Positions 53,683 through 61,814 of a stretch of 64,000 nucleotides of DNA are shown here, in pieces. This DNA comes from a virus: positions 1-64,000 of the IMG/VR virus record IMGVR_UViG_3300020202_000066. The stretch is one strand, 5' to 3'. Every line of letters begins with the position of its first letter. The stretch's first letter is position 1. The translations under genes and the position numbers were made by a program. The notes below the pieces were generated by a model, which did no database searches, was not told where the DNA came from, and saw nothing but the letters and a program-made list of their open reading frames with translations.

Positions 53683-54629
53683 GGAGACCTCCCGGTCGAC
53701 CGGCGGCGCGGCACCTGGGGGTTGCAGGTGTTCCAGCCTCGGGTCGATCCGAGGGGCACTGTACACGCTTCGACGTCGAGTCAAGCGGACCCGCGAGAAA
53801 CCACCGGGCGAGGTATGACTCGGTGAGTCAAGACGACCCGCGCGCAGGCGCGCGCGCACGTGGGGAGGGGGGAATTCCAAGATGTTGCCCGCAACTTCAC
53901 ATGAAGCGGCCGGTCGTTTCCTCCCCTCTCTTCTCCACGCGCGCGCGAGTACTACTAGCGAGCTGAGTCCCCACTCGGCCGAAGAGAATCCGAGGGCCCG
54001 GTCGGGCTCGTGGCGTGCCCTCCCTCTTGGGCTTCCCGCTTCCTGCGCCGCTCTCCGCCCCTCCCGGCCGGCTTTCTCCCGCTCCTGCCCTCGCCCGCCC
54101 CTCCCGCTCCGCTCGGCTTCGCCCTCGCTCCTGGCCGTCGTTTCAGCTCCGCCCGACGGACCCGGTACGGGGGATCGGACCCCCTCCGGGTCCCTTGCCC
54201 TTCCGCTTCCCATCTAGGTTTCCGCGGGTTTCATAGCGCCACTTTGTGCACGCTGAAACCAAGTGCTCTCACGGTGCTCCTGTTCTGCCCGGCCGGCCGG
54301 TCTCCGGATGCACCTCTGCCTGGTCTGTCTTGCGCGGGTGGTTGTCGTTCCCTCTCCGACCGGAAACGCGCAGTTGAGGGACGGGGATGGGGGCGAGAAA
54401 AGTGCGCGCATGGGTTGCGAGGGGGGTCAGAGCTGCTAGGGTCCGGGATGTGGGCGGTCTGGCCGGGACCGCCGCTGGTGGGGGGAGCGGACCGCGGTTG
54501 CTTGGCCGCGGAGGGCAGGGGATGCGCGCAGTGGGGCTTTCGCGGGGTGGGGTTCCTCGCGGAGTCGTTCGCTGTGTGCCGCTGGTCCCGATGCCCTTGA
54601 GCCCGGCTGTCGTCCTGACGGGAGGCCCT

Positions 54630-54989
54630 GTGACTGAGCCTGTGGTGATCGCGCAGCAGAGTGATCGATCCGCGGAGGAGTACAACGACCCCGACACGAA
54701 GCGCTACGTCGTCGGAGTCGTGCGCGAGGTCCTGTGTCAGGCCGGGTCCATCCTCGGTGAGGTGGCGCTCGCGGCTGACCGGCTCGATGTCGTGGTGGAC
54801 GGCATCGCCTGTGGGAACAGCCTCCTCGACGACCTGAAGAAGCTCGGGGACGGGGCGGCGGACATGACGGCCGCGGGGGCTGCTGCGAGGGACCACGCGG
54901 CGACCATCGTCGCCCAGATCGTGGCGTTCTTCCACATGACGAAGCGGGACTTCGCTCCCGTGACCCCCGCGCCGCTGAGGAGCCTCTGA
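54630..54989 (+). CDS. hypothetical protein
   Basis: GGAGG RBS, GTG. Confidence 0.55.
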   Translation: MTEPVVIAQQSDRSAEEYNDPDTKRYVVGVVREVLCQAGSILGEVALAADRLDVVVDGIACGNSLLDDLKKLGDGAADMTAAGAAARDHAATIVAQIVAFFHMTKRDFAPVTPAPLRSL

Positions 54990-55411
54990 TGTCGGAGGTC
55001 GTCGACCTCGCCCGGGTGCGCTCTGTGACGCGGCTCCGCTACGAGCTCGCGATCGCCGCGGGGCGTGTGCTCGGAGCTGTGCTCGCGCTCCGGTGGGACC
55101 GCCTCGACCTGTACGAGGCATGCGAGGCGGGCATCGTCCGGGTGAAGGTCACCAGCGGCGACGCGATGGTCACGCTGCAGACCTTTCGGCCGACGCGGAT
55201 GCACATCCTCGCGGAGAGCACCGACATCGGAGGACCTACCGGGAACGAGGTGGACAGCGTGCCAGCCGACAGCCTCGAGGTGGGCATCGGTCTGGTGATG
55301 CTTACCCAGCTGGCCGTGCTCCGGAAGTCCGCGATGGAGCCACGGAGGAGTGCGCTGGGGGATGAGCTCAGGCGGATCATCCGGCGCGGGAAGGTGGCTG
55401 TCGGTGGGTAA
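54989..55411 (+). CDS. hypothetical protein
   Basis: TGATG-coupled. Confidence 0.55.
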   Translation: MSEVVDLARVRSVTRLRYELAIAAGRVLGAVLALRWDRLDLYEACEAGIVRVKVTSGDAMVTLQTFRPTRMHILAESTDIGGPTGNEVDSVPADSLEVGIGLVMLTQLAVLRKSAMEPRRSALGDELRRIIRRGKVAVGG

Positions 55412-55805
55412 GAGTCCCTACTGGCTCAGGAGCGGGTCACTGCGTCACGGGTCGGCTCGCCTTGATGCTGAGGGGTTGCCGCCTGAACCGATCGGTGCCG
55501 GCGCCGACGAGTGGCCGAAGTGTCGCAAGTGCTCCCGGCGGATGCCGGAGGGACGCTTCGGTTTCTGCTCCAACCGCTGCTCGATGCTCTACCACCAGTG
55601 TGGCTTCAACGCCTCCCACAAGCGGCCGATGGTGCGGGCCTTCTTCGAGAAGGTGGCGAGCCTGATCGAGTCGGATATGCCGCCGGCGGTCCGAGCTGCT
55701 CTCGAAGAGTTCCTCGCGGAGCACAAGGGCGCTGCATGGTCGGGGTTCGAGAGCTGGTTCACTGAAGAGCTGTGCCGCCGCATCACCGGCCGTAGGAGGG
55801 TCTGA
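55404..55805 (+). CDS. Zn-finger hypothetical protein
   Basis: CRKC..FCSNRC. Confidence 0.55.
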   Translation: MGKSPYWLRSGSLRHGSARLDAEGLPPEPIGAGADEWPKCRKCSRRMPEGRFGFCSNRCSMLYHQCGFNASHKRPMVRAFFEKVASLIESDMPPAVRAALEEFLAEHKGAAWSGFESWFTEELCRRITGRRRV

Positions 55806-55808
55806 GCT

Positions 55809-56216
55809 GTGGAGATCGTCAATGCCCGGCGCGGGCAGAACCCGTTCGCCGGCTACGCTGGCCAGTGGATCCTCCTCTACCAGGATCCGGGGTTCCGGCT
55901 CCCGTTCTGCTTCTGGGACGAGACGCGGCAGCGCATCCCCACCTTCAAGTCGAAGGACGACGGCATTCGTGCGATGCAGTACCACGCCGTCTCTCGCGGC
56001 TTCTGGGCTATCTACGGCCGGTACGAACCCAAGTTGGTTCAGTACGAGAGCATGAAGGAGTTCGCGGACTACTACCACCAGATGCACTACACGCTGGAGA
56101 TCCCCGTGGTCTGGTTCGGCTCCGTCGCCGAGATGGACGAGGTCGCCGAGTGCCGCCGGCTGATCACGCCCGGTGTGGTCCCGACGATGACAGGACTCAT
56201 GGCGGTGGGCGAGTGA
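55809..56216 (+). CDS. hypothetical protein
   Basis: AGGAGG RBS. Confidence 0.6.
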   Translation: MEIVNARRGQNPFAGYAGQWILLYQDPGFRLPFCFWDETRQRIPTFKSKDDGIRAMQYHAVSRGFWAIYGRYEPKLVQYESMKEFADYYHQMHYTLEIPVVWFGSVAEMDEVAECRRLITPGVVPTMTGLMAVGE

Positions 56217-56345
56217 CCCGCCACGAGGGTGATCCGGAGCTTGTGCGTGACGCCCGAGCCCTAGCCCTGTCCTTCGTCGCACTCATCCTGACCATCCTGA
56301 CCGTGGCGCTGTGGTGCGCAGCGTTGCCTATCCCGGCGGTCTGAC

Positions 56346-56972
56346 GTGGGACGCCCGCGCACCCGCAAGCCCAAGACCTGCACGGCCTGCGGCCAGGTGT
56401 TCGAGGACAGGACGAAGGCCGGCGACCGCCGGCGGTGCCGCCTGCCCGGGTGCGGCTGGAAGTGCACCTGCTACTACTGCAAGGCGCCCTTCGTGAGCCA
56501 CGGTCCTCGTCCGCCGACGATCTGTCGCGCGGAGGAGTGCCAGCTGAAGTACAAGCGCAACCGGCAGCGCGCCTACTACCGGCGGCCGGAGAACGTCGAG
56601 AAGGTCAAGGGCTGGTGGGCGAACGCCCGCGCCAAGGCGCTGGCGGCCGCGAAGGCGAAGCAGGCAGAGCTCGCGAAGAAGGGGATCAAGAAGTGCCTGA
56701 CTGCGATCCGTGACCCGAGCTACCCCTACGTCGACAAGCGCAAGAAGCGGCGCCGGGACCGGGTCTGCGAGAACTACAAGATGGGCTGGTGCTACGCCGT
56801 GAAGCCCGAAGCCCGGTGCCCGCTCCGCCAGGCGGACCGGCCGGGATGTTCGATGTTCAAGCCGACGTCTGAGTGGCTCGCGAAACAGAAGCCCGCGCCG
56901 GACGTACCGCCGAAGAAGGCTAGAACGCCAGACGAGCCTGGTACTGGATCAGCTCCGGCATCGGATACGTGA
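56346..56972 (+). CDS. basic Cys-rich protein
   Basis: Multiple CxxC, K/R-rich. Confidence 0.6.
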   Translation: MGRPRTRKPKTCTACGQVFEDRTKAGDRRRCRLPGCGWKCTCYYCKAPFVSHGPRPPTICRAEECQLKYKRNRQRAYYRRPENVEKVKGWWANARAKALAAAKAKQAELAKKGIKKCLTAIRDPSYPYVDKRKKRRRDRVCENYKMGWCYAVKPEARCPLRQADRPGCSMFKPTSEWLAKQKPAPDVPPKKARTPDEPGTGSAPASDT

Positions 56973-57303
56973 TCCCGCTGCCGTAGTCCAAGACGATCTC
57001 TGCCTCGTACAGGCCGGGGTCGACCAGATCGGTGGCGGCCCAGTCGTAGTGGGCGAGCCCGCCGACCGCGTTGTCCACGTCCATCTCGGTGTCGTCGGCG
57101 TTGATCACCGTTGTGTCGCCGGCGCGGCGGAGCTTGAAATGCGGCGTGATGCTGGTGAGGTTCAGCGCTGTCCCGTCCGGGTTCGTGAACGCGAACTCCT
57201 GTCGCGGGCGCCTGGCTCCGGTGACGATCGGGATGACCACACTGCGGAAGTCTGCGCCCACGGTCAGGACCTTCGTGGTGAGCCGGATCTCGATCGCGCT
57301 CAT
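56920..57303 (-). CDS. BppU N-terminal-like Ig-fold virion protein
   Basis: DGTALNLT..F..G..YDW..D..G.YEAE..TYP. Confidence 0.65.
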   Translation of the reverse strand: MSAIEIRLTTKVLTVGADFRSVVIPIVTGARRPRQEFAFTNPDGTALNLTSITPHFKLRRAGDTTVINADDTEMDVDNAVGGLAHYDWAATDLVDPGLYEAEIVLDYGSGITYPMPELIQYQARLAF

Positions 57304-58112
57304 TGAGGCCTCCGGTCCAGCCGGTCAAGGATCCGCTGGACGTCCCGTCCCATCCGCTCGACCTTCGCCTTGATCTCGGGCACACCTTGGACGACGGCAA
57401 CGCGCTCGATGATCTGATCGCGGCACGTCGAGCCGAGCCACATTAGCGATGCGCCCAGCACGGTCACGAGGCTCCAGAGCAGGAAGTCCCGACCTGCCCA
57501 CCATGCCTTCGCGAGCGCCGGAAGGGTCATCCCTGCGATCTGCTGCTTCGCCGTGCTCACTGACTTGGCCAGCTGGAGAACCTCTTGATCTCGGACTGCT
57601 GCGCCGTTGTTGACCTGCCTCACGGTGCTGGAGATCAGCTCACTCAGGCTCTCGATGCCGCCGGAGACGTCGGCGAATCCCTTGCGAGTTTCCTCGACAA
57701 ACGCGTCGAGCCCCTTCTGGATGCTGTCGATCCGGTAGGCGGTGTCCGCGTCCATCATCGCCTTGCGCACGATGCCGACGAAGCTGTAGCTGTCCCCAAC
57801 CAGCTGAGGCTTGTAGAACACCGGCAGATGACGCGGCGCGCGGAAGTGTTGGTCCGCAGTGAGGAAGATCACACGGATGGACGGGTGGTGCTCGATGATC
57901 CAGGCCGCGAGCGCCTCCCCATTCATCCCTGGGAGGGTTACGTCGGCGACCACGACGCTGATGGAGTTGCGCTTCAGCCGCTCAATGGCCGCCGCGGCCG
58001 TCGGGACACCCTCAGGATGCAGACCGGCCTCAGTGAGGATGTGTTGCATCAGGTCGAGCACGTCCTGATCGTCGTCGACTACCAACACTGTGCGCGGGCC
58101 GGTGCTGGACAT
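57300..58112 (-). CDS. response-regulator receiver domain fused to coiled coil and TM segment
   Basis: VLVVDDD, DVTLPGMNG, FLTA, KP; C-term LLWSLVTVLGASLMWLG. Confidence 0.8.
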   Translation of the reverse strand: MSSTGPRTVLVVDDDQDVLDLMQHILTEAGLHPEGVPTAAAAIERLKRNSISVVVADVTLPGMNGEALAAWIIEHHPSIRVIFLTADQHFRAPRHLPVFYKPQLVGDSYSFVGIVRKAMMDADTAYRIDSIQKGLDAFVEETRKGFADVSGGIESLSELISSTVRQVNNGAAVRDQEVLQLAKSVSTAKQQIAGMTLPALAKAWWAGRDFLLWSLVTVLGASLMWLGSTCRDQIIERVAVVQGVPEIKAKVERMGRDVQRILDRLDRRPQ

Positions 58113-58137
58113 GGTCTAGGCCCTCCGGGGATGCGCG

Positions 58138-58569
58138 CTACTGGTTCATACCGCGGCCCGTGAACACAGCCGCCGCGGCGTCGTTGTTCGTGATCCGGTA
58201 CTTGCCCCACCCGGATGGAAGGAGCTGGAGGTCTGACCCGCCCTGTGCGGTGTTGATGGTGATGGTGTTGACGGCAGTGGTGCCAGCGGCGCTGGTCGCG
58301 GCCCACTTCGTGAAAGGGCCCGCCTGCGAGTTTGACTGCAGCACCTCGATCGTTACGTTGACGCTCCCCACGGTCGTGACGACCCAGTCCACGCCGTGGA
58401 TCGTCGAGTCGCCGATGTAGAACGGCTGCGTGGTCGTGGCTGACGTGCCGGCCGCGACATACTGGCTAGTGAAGAGCCGGTCGATAGACGGGGCGTAGAC
58501 CTTCGAGTGAGCGCTGCTGACGGCCGGCAGCGCGCAGAGCAGGAGTGCAATCAGCAGCCACCGCGTCAT
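58138..58569 (-). CDS. beta-rich protein with signal peptide
   Basis: MTRWLLIALLLCALPAVSSA; T/V/G-rich. Confidence 0.65.
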   Translation of the reverse strand: MTRWLLIALLLCALPAVSSAHSKVYAPSIDRLFTSQYVAAGTSATTTQPFYIGDSTIHGVDWVVTTVGSVNVTIEVLQSNSQAGPFTKWAATSAAGTTAVNTITINTAQGGSDLQLLPSGWGKYRITNNDAAAAVFTGRGMNQ

Positions 58570-58634
58570 CGCACCCTCCCTTTCGATGGTGTAGCACTGG
58601 GCGAACTTCTTGGACTTCATCGCTCAACCTCTCT

Positions 58635-59846
58635 TCAGTGCAACGGCCGGATGACGATCCGCTCGCGTACCAGAGTGTTGCCTGCCGCGGCATCGCCCCA
58701 CTGCACCGCTACGCCGAGGTTCTTGGCGGTGGTGGTGTCCGCGGCGGTGCTTCCGCGCTTGGATCGGCCCGCGTCGCCTGTCCCATTGGTGATCGAGCCT
58801 GAGAGGCTGCCCGCTACCGTGCCGCTCGCACCTACCGCTCGAAACTCAACGAGCCCCTTCACCGACCACGCCGCATCGGTCAAACTTGCGTCCACATCGA
58901 AGGCGGGGGTTCGCGCAACGACGGTGCTCCCGTACATCAGCGCAAATGTGATGCTCGTTGGCGATGCGCTCGTAGAGAGCTTTCCGGATGCGAGGATCTC
59001 CCACGCTTGGCCCAACACTGCCGACGATGCTGCCAGCGAGAGCGTCGGGGTCAGCATCGTCTCCGTGGTAGTGTTGGCGATCGGGCTCGTGTCGTCGGTG
59101 CTGACGTACTTGTCGGCCCGGAGGGCAAGGATCCCGCTCCATGCGGAGTAGCTCCCAGTGCCGGTGAGTGCGCTGATCGTCGGCGCATCGGCGTCGACCT
59201 CGATCGTGATGATCAAGTCTGTCGGCGATCCTGGTGTCGTGCGTCGCACCAACAAGATTGCGTCGTGAGAGGCGTTCGACTTAAGAACGAGGGCGAAGTC
59301 ACCTGCGCCATTGTAGTCGTTGAAGCCAGCGTCAGAGATCGGCGGGATGGTGCGGTACTCGTCTGCCGTGAGATCCATCCGCACTGAGAAGACGTAGGAC
59401 TTCGCAGCCGCCAGTGCGCTTCCGCCGGCGGGGGGCGCGATAGACACTCGAAGCGTCTGTCCACCGAAATTGTGGACGAAGTTGGCTACGAACGCATAGT
59501 CGTCGGTGTTGCCTCCGAGCGTTCTGCTGTACTTCACGATGCGCTTCGTGCCCACGATGGTGACCACACCGTCGGAATTTGTGATGTCAGCATAGGCGCC
59601 AGCCGGCCCGGTTGATCCGGTTGATCCGGTTGCACCCGTCGCGCCCGTGGCTCCGGCAGAGCCAGCGGGGCCTGCTGAACCTGCCGCGCCGGTGCTTCCG
59701 GTTGCGCCTGTGGATCCCGTCGCGCCCGTGGCTCCCGTAGCACCGGTAGCTCCGGTCGCGCCGATACCACCGCCGGCCCCAGCTCCCGCCCAGCCGAATG
59801 CGGAGGAGTGAAGGACGAGGAGCAGAACTGCCGTGCGGATTCTCAT
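58635..59846 (-). CDS. collagen-like (GXY) fibre protein with signal peptide
   Basis: GAT/GST repeats after hydrophobic leader. Confidence 0.75.
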   Translation of the reverse strand: MRIRTAVLLLVLHSSAFGWAGAGAGGGIGATGATGATGATGATGSTGATGSTGAAGSAGPAGSAGATGATGATGSTGSTGPAGAYADITNSDGVVTIVGTKRIVKYSRTLGGNTDDYAFVANFVHNFGGQTLRVSIAPPAGGSALAAAKSYVFSVRMDLTADEYRTIPPISDAGFNDYNGAGDFALVLKSNASHDAILLVRRTTPGSPTDLIITIEVDADAPTISALTGTGSYSAWSGILALRADKYVSTDDTSPIANTTTETMLTPTLSLAASSAVLGQAWEILASGKLSTSASPTSITFALMYGSTVVARTPAFDVDASLTDAAWSVKGLVEFRAVGASGTVAGSLSGSITNGTGDAGRSKRGSTAADTTTAKNLGVAVQWGDAAAGNTLVRERIVIRPLH

Positions 59847-59873
59847 AGCGCCTCCATCCCCCCGGGGTTCCAA

Positions 59874-60272
59874 CTACTGGTCCACTCGGTTTTCGGTGAT
59901 GTCAATCTGAACCGTCGTGTCCGCGCCGTTGCCCGCATCGTCCGTGACTCGCACTCGGATCAATGGGAGCCACGTGTCCGGGATGTTGACTGCGTGCGGA
60001 CTAGAGTCCGAGATCGTGATGAGAGCTCCTTGGACTTCCAGCTCCGGGGTCAGTGCTGTGTACTTTGTATCCGTGTCGGCGGTCGCACCCTCGACGAAGA
60101 CCTTCAGGGCGGGGCTCGATCCGGCAGCCTTGATCCAGAGGGACATCTTCCCGATGCCCCGCTTGTGCCGGAAAGGAGTGCTTTTGATGTTCTGGCTGGC
60201 GCCCGGCACAGCAGTGCCGGCGGGCAGCAGCGTCTTGACGTTGTACTCAAGGTCGAGCAGGTCAACGGCCAT
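59874..60272 (-). CDS. beta-rich hypothetical (virion?) protein
   Basis: GGAGGAG RBS; pattern resembles 58138-58569. Confidence 0.6.
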   Translation of the reverse strand: MAVDLLDLEYNVKTLLPAGTAVPGASQNIKSTPFRHKRGIGKMSLWIKAAGSSPALKVFVEGATADTDTKYTALTPELEVQGALITISDSSPHAVNIPDTWLPLIRVRVTDDAGNGADTTVQIDITENRVDQ

Positions 60273-60285
60273 GGCTCCTCCGTGA

Positions 60286-61092
60286 CTAGCGGTTCTGGCC
60301 CGCGTCCCGCACCGTGCCGGCGTATGGAATCGTGACCGCGAGCATCGTGGTGTCCCGCACGACGGTCTCCGCGTAGCCTCCGACGATGCCGTGACCCCAG
60401 CGGGCGAAGCTGCAGTCCTTGAACAACGCGGAGGTCTCGCCAGCGCCGCCTGCATTGACCCACGCGCCGTACGTCCCGGATCTGGTGACAGCCAGCGAGA
60501 ACGAGCAGTCGGAGACCACGGTGCCGCCGGCACGATCCAGATGCAGGCCGACAACCTCGCCGCCCGCCGGTACCGTCATGCCCACCACGGAGCAGTGCTC
60601 GACCCGCATTCCGGGGCCAATCGCCTTGAACCCCATCGGGCGCGTCGAGCTGGCGAGTGTGGATCCGCCGGCGTCACTCACGGTGCAGTCACGGATGCGC
60701 CCGGCGCGACCATCGATCCAGAGACCGAGGTACGTTGGGGTGACCGAGAGGTTCGCCATCTCGTGACCTGATCCGCCGAGATACCCGCAGCAGTAGAAGC
60801 CGCGAATCGAGCCATTGCGGACGCGCACGTTGGTGCGGCCGGAACACCACACGCCGAAAGCGATCGTGCCGGTACCGGCGTTGCCGACGAGCGCGTGGCC
60901 GCCGAGATCCAGCGTCACGTCGTTGGCGGCAATGACAACCGCATGTCCGGTGGCGTGCGGATAGGAGAGTGTGGAGGCAAGGCGGTACTCGCCCGGAGCC
61001 GAGATGCTGACGGGGAGGCTCGCGATCTGGATGGGCGCGGCGATGGCGCCTGCCGAGAGCAGCGCGATCAGCGCCAGGTGGAGCAGCCGCAT
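60286..61092 (-). CDS. right-handed beta-helix (pectate-lyase-like) protein with signal peptide
   Basis: ISAPGEYRL..I.ANDVTLDLGGH.L.G..NVRVRNGSIRGF. Confidence 0.8.
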   Translation of the reverse strand: MRLLHLALIALLSAGAIAAPIQIASLPVSISAPGEYRLASTLSYPHATGHAVVIAANDVTLDLGGHALVGNAGTGTIAFGVWCSGRTNVRVRNGSIRGFYCCGYLGGSGHEMANLSVTPTYLGLWIDGRAGRIRDCTVSDAGGSTLASSTRPMGFKAIGPGMRVEHCSVVGMTVPAGGEVVGLHLDRAGGTVVSDCSFSLAVTRSGTYGAWVNAGGAGETSALFKDCSFARWGHGIVGGYAETVVRDTTMLAVTIPYAGTVRDAGQNR

Positions 61093-61104
61093 AGCGCCGC
61101 CTCC

Positions 61105-61227
61105 TCAGTAGTCGATCACCACCGTGGTGAGGATGACTTCCTGAGTGACCTCGGTGACGATGGACTCAACTGTAGCCGCGGACACGACGACTTCCTGAGT
61201 CACCGTCGTCTCGATGATCGCTGACAT
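61105..61227 (-). CDS. 40-aa Val/Thr-rich peptide
   Basis: MSAIIETTVTQEVVV..VTQEVILTTVVIDY; internal repeat; not in ORF track. Confidence 0.45.
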   Translation of the reverse strand: MSAIIETTVTQEVVVSAATVESIVTEVTQEVILTTVVIDY

Positions 61228-61236
61228 TCAGATTCA

Positions 61237-61722
61237 CTACGCAGCTGGTGAGGGTGGCTTGGGTACCCCGATGCCGGGGCTCTGCGGTTGGGCGGCTTTG
61301 AGCCGAGCGTGGATCGCCAGCGCTAGGCTATCCAGCATCTCCTGGCTGAAGGCCGGTACCGCTGGAGTCGACTGCGTTGCAGGCAGCGAGGCCTTCTCCA
61401 TCTCCCGTCGATGCGTCCATTCTGCGAGAGCCTTGACGTCGAAGCTGGGAGGGCGAGCCTTGCCGAGGGCTCGCCAGAGGTCGTCGGCGTACTTGAGTCC
61501 CTTCTCCAGCCAGTCGTGGTCATCCTCCGGATTCTGGCGTCGGTACTTCGCGACCATGGCGTAGGCGCCAGCAAGGATGGTCTGGACGTCCTCCTGGAGC
61601 TCCTTGTTCTGCAGGTACTTGCCGAGACCCCAGTAGCCGAGGATCGCCAGGACGACGAACGCGACGGCGTCCACATGCGCATGTAGAAACGCAAGTACCT
61701 GATCGAGAGACACTTGGATCAC
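61237..61722 (-). CDS. putative holin (single N-terminal TM)
   Basis: TM then amphipathic helices, LL-H-like layout; follows fibre gene. Confidence 0.45.
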   Translation of the reverse strand: MIQVSLDQVLAFLHAHVDAVAFVVLAILGYWGLGKYLQNKELQEDVQTILAGAYAMVAKYRRQNPEDDHDWLEKGLKYADDLWRALGKARPPSFDVKALAEWTHRREMEKASLPATQSTPAVPAFSQEMLDSLALAIHARLKAAQPQSPGIGVPKPPSPAA

Positions 61723-61814
61723 CTCCGGTCGAGGACAAGCGTTCGGGGGGCGAACTCTATCTCATCGCGCCGCTGAGGACGAGGCGCTGTCGATGTAGTC
61801 ATCGTAGCCGAGAC

